Assembly: GCA_030633305.1 (NCBI GenBank)
Contig: DAOVTB010000004.1
Coordinates: 1 to 62,393, forward strand
DNA length: 62,393 bases
Source: Candidatus Muiribacteriota bacterium
Lineage (GTDB): Bacteria > Muiribacteriota > DAOVTB01
Reading direction: 5' to 3'
The notes under the pieces were generated by a model that did not search any database, was not told the DNA's origin, and saw only the letters and a program-made list of their open reading frames with translations. Shown here piece by piece: positions 1 to 10,449 of the stretch; position 1 is the stretch's first letter, and each line of letters begins with the position of its first letter. A program made the position numbers and the translations under genes.

Positions 1-601
1 CCAGACTTTCATCCTGTTTAACGAATTCAACACTTATGGATAAAACACGTTCTACTGTTTCTAGGAGTATTTCACCACCAGGATTCTTCAGTTTTTCATA
101 TAGAGTTACAGTAGTTTCATCTTCTGCTATATTGACTTTTTTTCTCAAAAGTATTTTCCCGGCATCCATTTTCAGATTCATCTTGATTGTTGTGACTCCG
201 GTGAACTTTTTCCCATCGACAAGTGATCTCTGAATAGGTGCAGCTCCTCTATATTCTGGAAGTAATGATGCATGGAGATTTATACATCCAAATTCAGGAA
301 TACGAAGAGTCTTTCTTCGTAAAAGTTGCCCATAAGCAACAACAACTGCAATGTCAGGTTTTAAACTTTTTAAAAAAGACTGGCTTTCTTCAGAATTAAT
401 ATCTTCAGGCTGAAAAAAATCAATCCCATATTTTAAAGCAATCTTTTTTACTGGAGTCTCAATGACCTTCTGTCCACGACCTGATTTACGATCCGGTTGA
501 GAGACTACAGTGTTGATCTGTAATCCATTTGTTATAAGATATTCCAGATTCCAGGCTGCAAATTCAGGTGTTCCCAAAAAAATAATGTTATTTTTTTCGA
601 T
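1..601 (-). CDS. fmt: Methionyl-tRNA formyltransferase, N-terminal part (runs off the window); start codon uncertain (ATC at 601 or ATT)
   Basis: Manual minus-strand translation gives NIIFLGTPEFAAWNLEYL...VVSQPDRKSGRG...VVAYGQLL...INLHASLLPEYRGAAPIQR, the Fmt signature motifs. It follows def. An in-frame TAG lies just upstream and there is no ATG/GTG. Confidence 0.93.
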   Translation of the reverse strand, partial: MEKNNIIFLGTPEFAAWNLEYLITNGLQINTVVSQPDRKSGRGQKVIETPVKKIALKYGIDFFQPEDINSEESQSFLKSLKPDIAVVVAYGQLLRRKTLRIPEFGCINLHASLLPEYRGAAPIQRSLVDGKKFTGVTTIKMNLKMDAGKILLRKKVNIAEDETTVTLYEKLKNPGGEILLETVERVLSISVEFVKQDESL

Positions 602-1115
602 TTTGCAGTCTCCCTATTTTCTTGATTTCTTTAAGTTTTCCGCTTAACGGTACCAAAATAGCAGGCTTTACTCTATCAATAAACAATATTCCATCAAGAT
701 GATCCAACTCATGTTGAAAAGCCCGAGCTGCAAATTCATCAAGTTCTTCCTCTATTACATTGCCTTCCAAGTCAAAATACTTCACTTCAACCGATACCGA
801 TCGTTCAACTACTGCAGTTATCTCTGGAAGACTTAAACAACCCTCTTCTTCAACAGAAGTTAGTGGTGAAGATGAAATAATTTCAGGATTAATATAAACG
901 GTCAACCCTTTACCAAAATCAATTATAAACAATCTTTTGTTAATTCCTACCTGCGGAGCAGCCAAGCCTACACCATTATCAATTGCATACATAGTCGCTG
1001 CCATTTTTTCGACAAATTCAACAAAGTTCAAATCTATTTCCTCTATAAAATCCGAGGTTTTTCGTAATATTTTGCATCCGTATTTAATGATTTCAAAATT
1101 ATCATTAGTAGTCAT
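588..1115 (-). CDS. def: Peptide deformylase
   Basis: Motifs GVGLAAPQVG, EGCLS and QHELDHLDG; adjacent to fmt. Confidence 0.97.
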   Translation of the reverse strand: MTTNDNFEIIKYGCKILRKTSDFIEEIDLNFVEFVEKMAATMYAIDNGVGLAAPQVGINKRLFIIDFGKGLTVYINPEIISSSPLTSVEEEGCLSLPEITAVVERSVSVEVKYFDLEGNVIEEELDEFAARAFQHELDHLDGILFIDRVKPAILVPLSGKLKEIKKIGRLQNRKK

Positions 1116-1380
1116 ATCCTTTTCCTTTCCTCTGAACCAATAATTATAAATCTTTTTATGATACCCTACAAATACTATATTTTCAAGACTATTTTACGGA
1201 AACTGTATTTTAAAAAAAGATATCTAGTAAATCATTATATTATAATCCAAAAGAACTCTGATTTGATACTATTAATATATTTTCCTATAAAACTTGTCAA
1301 TTAACTATTCTTTGTTTTATACTTTTAATAATAATTGTTTAATCATTATTCGCTGATTTTCACTTAAATATGGAGAATTT

Positions 1381-2931
1381 ATGAAGAAATTTTTAGTTTT
1401 TTTACTACTTTGCACTTTCACAATAAGTATTATGTATGCTTTCTCTTTAACGCACTCTCTAATCAAGTCTGGCGACAAGTTTATTAAAGAGAAAAATTTT
1501 ATTGGTGCTCAAAAAATATTTTCAACCATTACAGTTCTTGATCCTGAAAATAATAAGGCCAGAAGTAAACTTATCCAGGTTTTTCTTGAAACAAAAGACT
1601 TCAAAAAGGCTCTTCGAGAAGTTCATATGGCTCTTTCTTATGAAGGTAATAATAAAGAATTTCTAAAACTAAAGGGCGAGCTTGATAAAAAAGTACAACT
1701 TGAAAAGAATCCAGAAAAAATCCAGAAAAAAGTAAAAAAGAAAAAATTCAAATTACCAAAATTCGTCTCTGTAACTGGACTTTTGAAGCTTAAATCAAAA
1801 ACTACGCACCTGGGTATCTCTAAGAAAAATCGCAAAAATTTTGACACAGCCCATAATTATTATAAAAAGCAGAAATATAAAGAAGCTATTGGATTTTTTG
1901 AAAAAGTTTTGAAATCACCTGCTGATAAAAATAATCTTTCAGTTAATCAATTTGCCGGAGAAAGTTATTTCTGGGTCGGGGATTATGATAAAGCTATAGC
2001 ATTGCTTAGTAAAGTTGTTAAAGCTGAAAAGAAAAATATTGAAGCCAGAGTTATACTTTCATATGCATATATGGCACTAAAAAAGCCTGAATACATCAAA
2101 GCACTTAAATATTTTAATGAAGTGCTTGAAATCAAGAATAATTACATTCCTGCTCTTGTTGGAAGTGGTGTATGTCAGTTAAAGACTGGAAATGATTCAA
2201 AGGCTGAAGTTATTTTCAATATGGTAATTAAACTGGCACCAACCGAATTGAAAGCATATTATGGACTTTCAGAAATCTATCTGAAAAAGAAACTTTATGA
2301 AAAAGCTATGGGTTACTTGCATACTGCACTTGCATTTGTCCCAGAATCCTACGAAACCATTGAAAAGATTGGTGATATTTATGTAAAGATGAAAGATTAC
2401 AAAACTGCCGGTTACATTTACAGAAAAGCCATGGATTTTTCTCCATCAAATCCTGATCTTTATGGAAAATTATGTATCTCATTACTTTTGAGTAAACAGA
2501 ATTTTACTGCTGGTCTTTATCTTGGAAAAGCATTGAAACTGGATCCAGAAAATGAAGTAATCCATTTTGCGCATGGTATGTTCTGGGAAGCCAATATACA
2601 ATTTGAAAAAGCTGTCAACGCTTATAGAAAAACATTATCCATTGATCCACATCACATAGATGCAAGATTTTACCTGATCAACTTACATATGGGTAATTCA
2701 AATATATTTCCAAATGCTGCAAAGATTTATAAAAACAGAATTTCTCAGGTCACCAATATTTTTCTGGCCGAGGAAAATATTCAGGAACTATACGGTATTG
2801 ATAAGAAAAATATATATATAGAAGAACTGAAGGATTTTGAAAATACCATCTTCAATAAAAAAGCTGATATTGAAGAAAAAGAAGCTCTTTATGATGAAAT
2901 GTATGACATTAAAGTTAGAACTAATCATTAA
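1381..2931 (+). CDS. Exported tetratricopeptide-repeat (TPR) protein
   Basis: N-terminal signal peptide; many ~34-aa helical repeats (e.g. AMGYLHTALAFVPE, AVNAYRKTLSIDPHH); GGAG RBS. Confidence 0.85.
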   Translation: MKKFLVFLLLCTFTISIMYAFSLTHSLIKSGDKFIKEKNFIGAQKIFSTITVLDPENNKARSKLIQVFLETKDFKKALREVHMALSYEGNNKEFLKLKGELDKKVQLEKNPEKIQKKVKKKKFKLPKFVSVTGLLKLKSKTTHLGISKKNRKNFDTAHNYYKKQKYKEAIGFFEKVLKSPADKNNLSVNQFAGESYFWVGDYDKAIALLSKVVKAEKKNIEARVILSYAYMALKKPEYIKALKYFNEVLEIKNNYIPALVGSGVCQLKTGNDSKAEVIFNMVIKLAPTELKAYYGLSEIYLKKKLYEKAMGYLHTALAFVPESYETIEKIGDIYVKMKDYKTAGYIYRKAMDFSPSNPDLYGKLCISLLLSKQNFTAGLYLGKALKLDPENEVIHFAHGMFWEANIQFEKAVNAYRKTLSIDPHHIDARFYLINLHMGNSNIFPNAAKIYKNRISQVTNIFLAEENIQELYGIDKKNIYIEELKDFENTIFNKKADIEEKEALYDEMYDIKVRTNH

Positions 2932-2948
2932 TTTTTTTAGGAGGTAAT

Positions 2949-5528
2949 ATGAAACATTTATCAGTATTTATCATTCTTTTTTTATTTTGTTCATTCGTTC
3001 TTTACAGTCAAGCTTCTACTGGCGCATCACCAAGAAACGTTATTTTTGCTGAATATCAGACAAAAGTAGAAGATGCTATGAAAGGCTCTGGACCAGGAGC
3101 TGGACATGTACAATTTTTTATCAAAGGTCCTTTTGAGGTAAGAAGAAACCCTGATGTAATGCTTACACAAGATATGTTAAAAAATAAAGTTGCCACAGAT
3201 GGAATGACAGCTAAAACTTTTGACCCTAACGATATGACAGATTCAAATATTGATGAATGGGAAAAAACAGCATCAATTGACTGGGAAGCAACACTTGAGC
3301 CCAAACCTTTTACAGCTGAAACTTATAATAGTGCCGGAAAAAAGAAAACAAACTCTACCTTCTGGGATATATATGAAGATTATTCCCTGCATAAAAAGTG
3401 GACTACATTTCCAATGGATGCTGTTGATCTTGCTACAGCCAAATCAGATCTGGCAGCAGCAAAAACTGCAAAGATCAAAAATGCAGCTCCTGGTGCAAAC
3501 CCATATTGGATGTATAAATATAATGGAAAATGGTATTCCTATAAAAAAGTAGAATATCAGTGGGAATTTACCAACTTTCAAAGAGTTGGCCAATCTCCAA
3601 ATGTCTCTTACCAGACTTTAAATGATGTTCCTTCACCAAAGATTTTTGATTCCAAAACTTATGATCCAATGGCTAAAAAAATCCAGAAATATATCCACGT
3701 AAAAGCTTTTGATCCTGGAATCAGACTCCTTCCAACCACTCCAAAGGAATTAGAGTGGGTATTTGGTAAAATGCAACGTGTATACTATACATTGACTTAT
3801 ACCTATACAGAATATAATGATATTGAAGAAGTTTTAGATACAAATGGTAAAGCAATCGGTTTCAAACCCAAGGGTGCAGGCACAACTTATACAGATGTTA
3901 AACCTGAACTTTTCAATGCCTTTGATTACAGAACTGGTGTTAAAAAATCACCTAATGAACCAGATTCCTTAGAAGCACTTGGAAAACAGTATGGAACCAC
4001 TTTCAAAACCGGGTATGCAGCTGTTTATATTGAAGACTATCTGCCACCAGCATCAGATCCAGCACAGACATTAGTGAACAACAGCGCTTCCAGTGCAAGT
4101 GCCAATTCAAAAGAACCTATCTTTGTTGGAAAAGACGCAGCTTTAAATAAGCAAGCTGGTCCATCAGGAAAATTTTCAATGGTTCTTGAAGATAATGGAA
4201 TTGCTTCAAATAATGCAACTATCAGCTACGGCATAGGTAAATATGATATATACTGGCTTGTTGATCCATCAAAACCATCTAGTGCAAACGATGAACCAAT
4301 TGCGTATCTTCCTGCCGTTAAATCGAGCATAGGGCCATATATGGGTAGTTTAAAAAACACCATGCATGTTAATAAAAGAATTCCTAAATTGCGAGAAAGA
4401 AGACTCTATCTCGGTGGTAGTTATTATCAGAGATTAAAAGGTGCAGCAATCAAGATCGTCGATAACGATGGTGATTTGATGGCAACTGAAATTCCTCTGA
4501 CTAATCCTCAAACTGGAGAAAAGGATATCTTTGGTTCTGGAGAGGTTTCTGTGGGTAATGAGGACATTCTTTTTCCAAAAAATTCCTCACAGGAATCCTG
4601 CGATCCTCCTAATGAAACATCAAAAATTGAGATACAGGTGTCTGACTGTTGTAGTAACTCTTCATCTGTGTTTGAAGCAAGAATCGTCTATTATGATGAT
4701 ATTCGCCCAAATATTGAAGTAAAAGTTACCGTACCTGTCAAAGTTCGCGATGAATCTGATGACGATGGTGAAATAGATGGAATAAGGGAGAAACTATACT
4801 ATAGAACGGTTCCAAATGACCATAGAGCAACTGCATGGCCAGCAAAATATAATTCTGGTTACTGGCCTTATTCTACATGGCCTGAAGATAACAGAATTGG
4901 TGTATCCCAGTATACCGAAATAGTTCAACCAATGTTACAGAATACAGATCCATGCAGGAAAAAAGATGAAGTTAAATATGGAATCTGGATCAATAATGAT
5001 GAGGTCTGGAATTATGATCACATCAAAAATGATGGTTGGTATCCAGACAAAGATGGTAATGACTTTTTAGCACCTCTTGTGTTTCCAGAAGATCTTCGTG
5101 TAAAACTGGAAATTCTGGCACGTGACAATATTGATGGTTATATTGCACATCCGAAAGCTCCGGATGGTTCACCAATGGAAGAAGTATATGGTATTTCCAG
5201 AATGGAAATCGAAGTACTTAACCCTGAAGGACACAACATTACAAAACTTATTTACAGCAAAGATACCGTTATTCTAAAAAGAGAAGAAATGCTCGAAGGA
5301 CTTGAAAAAGGTGGTTGGGGTCAATATAGTGAATACATCAATATTAGTTCTCCAGGATATCATATTCTTGTAATCAAAGTTTGGGATGGTAATGAAAATA
5401 TAACTAATGCTGATGATAATTTTAGTGATCCAGTTGAAGGAATCCTAGGAAATTATCGTGAATTACGCCTCCCGCTTCTTATAAAAAAGACTGGCGACAG
5501 TCTAAGTATCCACGGGGTCAGCAACTAA
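2949..5528 (+). CDS. Large secreted hypothetical protein (859 aa), probably beta-rich/Ig-like modules
   Basis: AGGAGG RBS and signal peptide; recurring DxxP linkers (IEDYLPP, YDDIRPNI); no family recognised. Confidence 0.75.
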   Translation: MKHLSVFIILFLFCSFVLYSQASTGASPRNVIFAEYQTKVEDAMKGSGPGAGHVQFFIKGPFEVRRNPDVMLTQDMLKNKVATDGMTAKTFDPNDMTDSNIDEWEKTASIDWEATLEPKPFTAETYNSAGKKKTNSTFWDIYEDYSLHKKWTTFPMDAVDLATAKSDLAAAKTAKIKNAAPGANPYWMYKYNGKWYSYKKVEYQWEFTNFQRVGQSPNVSYQTLNDVPSPKIFDSKTYDPMAKKIQKYIHVKAFDPGIRLLPTTPKELEWVFGKMQRVYYTLTYTYTEYNDIEEVLDTNGKAIGFKPKGAGTTYTDVKPELFNAFDYRTGVKKSPNEPDSLEALGKQYGTTFKTGYAAVYIEDYLPPASDPAQTLVNNSASSASANSKEPIFVGKDAALNKQAGPSGKFSMVLEDNGIASNNATISYGIGKYDIYWLVDPSKPSSANDEPIAYLPAVKSSIGPYMGSLKNTMHVNKRIPKLRERRLYLGGSYYQRLKGAAIKIVDNDGDLMATEIPLTNPQTGEKDIFGSGEVSVGNEDILFPKNSSQESCDPPNETSKIEIQVSDCCSNSSSVFEARIVYYDDIRPNIEVKVTVPVKVRDESDDDGEIDGIREKLYYRTVPNDHRATAWPAKYNSGYWPYSTWPEDNRIGVSQYTEIVQPMLQNTDPCRKKDEVKYGIWINNDEVWNYDHIKNDGWYPDKDGNDFLAPLVFPEDLRVKLEILARDNIDGYIAHPKAPDGSPMEEVYGISRMEIEVLNPEGHNITKLIYSKDTVILKREEMLEGLEKGGWGQYSEYINISSPGYHILVIKVWDGNENITNADDNFSDPVEGILGNYRELRLPLLIKKTGDSLSIHGVSN

Positions 5529-5535
5529 ACCATGG

Positions 5536-5624
5536 GTCCTGAATGAGCGAATCTTGAAATTTTCTGCATCAGTTTAAGTCTGCAACGTATGTTAAGGCAT
5601 GAACAATAATTTAATCTCGTTCAA
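5536..5624 (+). repeat. Family A structured element, internally deleted copy
   Basis: GTCCTGAATGAGCGAATCTTGAAATTTTCTGCA matches the 5' arm of the other family A copies; degenerate 3' arm AATCTCGTTCA; starts a few nt after the upstream stop codon. Confidence 0.75.
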
Positions 5625-5639
5625 AGTTCGATTATTATT

Positions 5640-5680
5640 GGTGCCAGGGCTTATTTCACATACGAAACCTGGCACTTTTT
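5640..5680 (+). terminator. Hairpin with U-tract (family D-like GGTGCCAG...CTGGCAC), probable intrinsic terminator
   Basis: GTGCCAGG...CCTGGCAC followed by a T run, downstream of the 859-aa gene. Confidence 0.55.
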
Positions 5681-5808
5681 ATTCACATAGAATATAAAAT
5701 TTTTCGCGGCAAATATGCAATACCTTCTATAAATAATATGATATAATAAGGGATTAAAATATAGTCTTTCATTAAAATTTTTAATAAGTAAAGGGGATAA
5801 ATTTCAAC

Positions 5809-7854
5809 ATGAGAAAGCTTTCATATCTATTGGTATTTCTTGTAATTTTTTCAACTGCAACAACTTTATACGGAGGACTTGATAAGTTCTTCCTGTTAGA
5901 GGAAAATAAAAGACCTTTATACTATAATGTTTTAAATGGTCTTCCAAGTAACCATATCAATGATATGCTCTTTGATAGAAACTCCACACTTTATCTTGCA
6001 ACCGGAAACGGTCTTTGTGCTTTTGATGTTTATACGCATAAATCAAAAGTCTACAATGATGAAAATGGAATTTCCCATAATAACATCCTGGATATTTTGA
6101 AAATATCTGAAAACCTGCTTGTTTCTAATATAGATGGATTATGGTTATTCAAAACAGCAACCGGTAAATTCACTAAAATAAAAATAAAGAATTTTGAAGA
6201 CGTTCCAACCCGTCTTGTTTATTGTCCAATGTGTAAAAAACTGTATGTTGGGGTCACCACAGGTCTTTATGTCCTTTCAAATTTTAATCCAGATAATCCA
6301 TATAAATTCAAAGTAAAATACTATCCAGTTGATAGCACTGTTTATTGGGTAACAGTTTATAAAAAAACCTGTTATATCGCAACCAAAAAGGGATGTTTTA
6401 AACTTCAGAATGGGAAATTTGTTCCATTAATGGAATTTATGAATAAAAAAATTACTACACTGGCTGTTGTAAAAGATAAATTGATCATCTCGCTTGAAAC
6501 AGATTTTTTTTCATATGATGGTAAAAAAGTTGTATTACTTAAAAGTCCTTCAACTATTGGAATGTATGGAATCTATTTTGTCTGGAATGATCCTTTGATC
6601 CTGGCAGATTCATGCTGGTATGTAACCAATCTCCCCTGGATAGGTCAGGCATTTAAGAAAAGTTTTGGAGCTTTTAGACTTACTCTTGATAAAAATGATA
6701 AAGAAAAGTGGCAAAGGATTAAACATAAAAGAATTTCTTATAAATATGATAAAGGAACAACAAATCTTACATGTGTAGCCTTTGATGGTTGTTCTGTCTG
6801 GGTAGGAACACCTGGTGAGGGAATGATCGAATTAAGGGAAAAAATTAGAAAACCAAAGGTTTTGAAAAAGAAAAAAAATGCTCGTACTAAAGTTAAATCA
6901 GTTCCAACAGTCAAAGTTGAATCCATAACTTATGATAAAATTTCTACAATTCAAAAAAGATCAGAAATCAATATAAAAAATTCTCTGAAAATTTCAAATA
7001 TTGTTCTGAATCGCACTCCATTATCACTTACCGTATGTGATAATGAAGATATACTTGTTACTGATGAAAGAAGTGTTTACAGACTTACAGATTCAAATAA
7101 GATTGAAAAAATAGCATTACCTTCTTTCCAGAATGATGATATTTTCAAAGATTCAATTATCTTTCAGAATAAACTCTATGTACTTACCTCACTCAATAAT
7201 CTGTATGCAATTAATACTGATGTTAAGAAAGTCATACATAAGTTCAGATTCAAAAATGACGTTTCATCATTAAAAGTCTATAATAATTCTGTTTATCTTA
7301 AAGGTGACACAACGCTTTATAGAATCAGTACTGATAATAATTTCCAACTTTATGAATTTTCTTCCAAAATTGGTGATTTTTATCCTTTTAAAAATGATAT
7401 GGTAATAACTTCCGGAGGAGGTATATATATTCTTCGAAATGGTAATGAAGAACCAGAGGAACTTCTCCCTTTCATTACTACAAAACCTTATTCTCTTACA
7501 ACTCATAATGATAAAATCGTTTTCTATAATAATGAGCAGATGATATATCTGGAAAACTTCAAGAAAAAGGATTTTTTAAAAGATATTTTTTCAATCCGGT
7601 CAACAAAAATTGCATTGATTGCTGTCCTTAAAGGTGCAATACAATTCCTTTTACCTGACAATAGATCAAAATCTCTGATTTCCAGAAATGGAAAAATGCT
7701 TCTATATGATGCAGGAAACAATGAGGTATTAAAAAAATATAATACCAATGCTTGCATTCCTCTTGATAAAAAACCTGATCACATCGTATTGGCTACCGGA
7801 AAAAGAAAATTGATCCTGATATATAGGAATCAGTTATATGTTTTACAGATGTAA
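5809..7854 (+). CDS. Secreted beta-propeller protein (two-component-regulator propeller-like blades)
   Basis: Signal peptide; GLPSNHINDMLFDRNSTLYLATGNGL, GISHNNILDI and VWVGTPGEG are Reg_prop-type blade motifs. Confidence 0.75.
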   Translation: MRKLSYLLVFLVIFSTATTLYGGLDKFFLLEENKRPLYYNVLNGLPSNHINDMLFDRNSTLYLATGNGLCAFDVYTHKSKVYNDENGISHNNILDILKISENLLVSNIDGLWLFKTATGKFTKIKIKNFEDVPTRLVYCPMCKKLYVGVTTGLYVLSNFNPDNPYKFKVKYYPVDSTVYWVTVYKKTCYIATKKGCFKLQNGKFVPLMEFMNKKITTLAVVKDKLIISLETDFFSYDGKKVVLLKSPSTIGMYGIYFVWNDPLILADSCWYVTNLPWIGQAFKKSFGAFRLTLDKNDKEKWQRIKHKRISYKYDKGTTNLTCVAFDGCSVWVGTPGEGMIELREKIRKPKVLKKKKNARTKVKSVPTVKVESITYDKISTIQKRSEINIKNSLKISNIVLNRTPLSLTVCDNEDILVTDERSVYRLTDSNKIEKIALPSFQNDDIFKDSIIFQNKLYVLTSLNNLYAINTDVKKVIHKFRFKNDVSSLKVYNNSVYLKGDTTLYRISTDNNFQLYEFSSKIGDFYPFKNDMVITSGGGIYILRNGNEEPEELLPFITTKPYSLTTHNDKIVFYNNEQMIYLENFKKKDFLKDIFSIRSTKIALIAVLKGAIQFLLPDNRSKSLISRNGKMLLYDAGNNEVLKKYNTNACIPLDKKPDHIVLATGKRKLILIYRNQLYVLQM

Positions 7855-8920
7855 AAATAAAAAATATATCTTATTTATATTCATTTTGATTTTCAATCTC
7901 TCAATAGAGCATGTTTTTTCCTATGATATTGAAAAGAAAAACAATGATGTAAAAATAACCATTAATTCTAAAGGAAAAATATTAAATTCAATTACAGATT
8001 CAAGATATCGCAAAAGTCTTTTTAAAACCATAAGAGATATTGAATTTAAGACTCCTGAGCAAATCATTGTTGCAACCTGGGGAAATGGAGTTTACATCCT
8101 TGATGCGGATCTTAATATAAAAAAAAGATATTTTACGTATGAAACCGCTAATGCTTTATACATGATGCCTGAAAAGAATGAGGAGCTTAACTTCCTTGTT
8201 GGAGGTAAAGGAGCAATTGGAATATACTCAAAAAAAAATACTGAGAAAATTGTAAGAACTCGTAGTCTTCGACAGGGTGGTATTTATCATGATATCTGTT
8301 ATAAAAAGCCATATGGAATTCTAGCTGGAAGTACCGGAAAGGGTATTTACATATTTTCAGATTCAGGTAAATACAAGAACAATATCGAAAATCCATTGGA
8401 AACTCTTTGGATAAATTCATTAAAAATTGATCCACCAGAATGGTTTTTAAAAAAATATCTTAAAAATCCAGATTCAGATTACATTCTCGTTGGCGGCAAT
8501 AAAGGAATAGAAATCTATGATCTAAAAAACAACGCAACTTTTCCAATTAAAAATATCAATGGATTTGTAAACAGTATCAGATTTTCATCTCACAAAGCGG
8601 TCGTCACAACAACAAATAAAGGTATCTTTCTTTATTACTATTCTCGCTGGATTCACTTTAGTAAAAATTCCGGGCTAAACGGAATAAATATTTTTGATGC
8701 TGCAATTTGCGGAGATAGAATTTATCTTGCGACTGAAAAAGGACTCTTCTATATTAATTACATACAGGATGATTGTTCCAAGAAAGTAATCCCTGAATTC
8801 ACTGAAGAAACAAGAATAATCTATCCATATGGAAATGATCTGATCATCGGAACAAAAAATGGAAGAGTAGCAATCTTTTCTCCCAAAGATGGAAAAATAA
8901 TTAAAGAAATTAACTTTTAA
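7838..8920 (+). CDS. Secreted beta-propeller protein
   Basis: Hydrophobic N-terminus; blades IIVATWGNGV, LAGSTGKGI, IYLATEKGL, LIIGTKNG; overlaps the upstream stop. Confidence 0.7.
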   Translation: MFYRCKNKKYILFIFILIFNLSIEHVFSYDIEKKNNDVKITINSKGKILNSITDSRYRKSLFKTIRDIEFKTPEQIIVATWGNGVYILDADLNIKKRYFTYETANALYMMPEKNEELNFLVGGKGAIGIYSKKNTEKIVRTRSLRQGGIYHDICYKKPYGILAGSTGKGIYIFSDSGKYKNNIENPLETLWINSLKIDPPEWFLKKYLKNPDSDYILVGGNKGIEIYDLKNNATFPIKNINGFVNSIRFSSHKAVVTTTNKGIFLYYYSRWIHFSKNSGLNGINIFDAAICGDRIYLATEKGLFYINYIQDDCSKKVIPEFTEETRIIYPYGNDLIIGTKNGRVAIFSPKDGKIIKEINF

Positions 8921-8933
8921 TAGGGGCTAAATA

Positions 8934-10448
8934 ATGAATAGAATTGTTTTAGTTTTACTTATAACATTTATCATTGCTTCAAATATTTTTGCAAGCGGTC
9001 TGGTAACAGACAATGAAAAACAACTTGGCGAAAACTGTTACAAGATGGGGAATAGAATTTCAATTATAATTGACTCACATCGTAAAGATATTGAAAATGC
9101 TGATCGTGTCTTTTATTATCCTTTCAATCAAACCGTTTTGATTGAATCTAATAATAAGTTTACTGTGTTTGAAAATAACAAACTTCAAGAAATAAAATTC
9201 CAGACTAAAGAAAAAATAAATGATTTTGAGTATTTTAATGGGAAATTACTTGCGGCTACAAATACCGGATTATTCATTGAAAATCAGAAAATATTGAGCA
9301 ATATGGCAGTTTTAGCTTTAGTTATCTATAACGATCAGCTTTATATTTCTACTCCAGGAAAAATTTATGTTTCCCATTACGGTGAAAACCTTAATTTCAA
9401 GGAACTAAGAAAATTTAAGATTTTTGGGGCATTACTAATAAATAAATTTGAAATTCTCAACAATTCATTAACAGCTATCGATGATAGAAACAGATATTAC
9501 AGAATAGTTGGCGGAATAATTTCTCCGATAAAGCAAAAATGCATTGTAAAGAAAACAGTTACTGAAAAAAAACAAAAACTCCGAAAAGCGACATCTGTAA
9601 ATTCTTTCAACGTAATGGATGTTAAACCTCGACCAACTTATCTGGAAAATAAGGAAAGAGTCAATCTTCTTAATTTCTTAAATGGAATGAGCCTGAAAAA
9701 ACATCAATATCAAAAGCTCATTGAAATAGCTCAAAAAGCTATAAAAATAAGAAAAAAACTTATAAGCGTAATCGATGAGAAGCGACTTATTGCAACAAAG
9801 ATAATCGGTGAAATGTATGTGAAATTAATGAAGGGCTATAAACTTGATTCTTCTTTTCTTGGAGATGTCAGTGACATATGTGGAGCTGTAGATCCTGTAA
9901 AACACCAGCTTCATGGTGCCATGTGTGATCTTGAAGAAGAAACACTTACTGTATTTACTCCAATTGAAAAACAGCTGGTAATAGATTTTGTACCATGTGT
10001 GGTTCCTCCTCTTGGACTATCAGATCCCATCAGAATCGGGCAGGCAGGTTATTCATACGCTGATAAAAAATTTCTTGATGACGTACGTAAACTTTCACAA
10101 ATTGAGTACTTCAAAAAAAAGGATAATCTAATCGCACACGTTCTTTTAGAAGCCCAAAACGAATTTGGTCTTATAGGAAAAGAAACTAATGATTATCTTA
10201 TTGATAAAATTGGAAAAATACTTCTTAAATGCAGGAGCCTGGCCCAAATCGATTATGAAATACAACGTGAAGACATGGCAGTTCAGGTTAACAAGGAAAA
10301 TCTCGAAGCATATTTGAAAAATAAAAGAGAAACCTTTCGGAGAAAAGTCCAGAGGTTTCCTGGAAAAATTGACTTTCTTTTTATGAGTGAGTTCTCATTA
10401 GATATTTATAGACATAAACTGAAATTGCTTGAAAACAAGGAGATATAG
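8934..10448 (+). CDS. Secreted hypothetical protein: propeller-like N-half plus helical C-half with a PCVVPP...DPIRIGQA segment
   Basis: Signal peptide; LLAATNTGL blade motif; tightly linked to the downstream radical SAM gene. Confidence 0.7.
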   Translation: MNRIVLVLLITFIIASNIFASGLVTDNEKQLGENCYKMGNRISIIIDSHRKDIENADRVFYYPFNQTVLIESNNKFTVFENNKLQEIKFQTKEKINDFEYFNGKLLAATNTGLFIENQKILSNMAVLALVIYNDQLYISTPGKIYVSHYGENLNFKELRKFKIFGALLINKFEILNNSLTAIDDRNRYYRIVGGIISPIKQKCIVKKTVTEKKQKLRKATSVNSFNVMDVKPRPTYLENKERVNLLNFLNGMSLKKHQYQKLIEIAQKAIKIRKKLISVIDEKRLIATKIIGEMYVKLMKGYKLDSSFLGDVSDICGAVDPVKHQLHGAMCDLEEETLTVFTPIEKQLVIDFVPCVVPPLGLSDPIRIGQAGYSYADKKFLDDVRKLSQIEYFKKKDNLIAHVLLEAQNEFGLIGKETNDYLIDKIGKILLKCRSLAQIDYEIQREDMAVQVNKENLEAYLKNKRETFRRKVQRFPGKIDFLFMSEFSLDIYRHKLKLLENKEI

Positions 10449-10449
10449 A

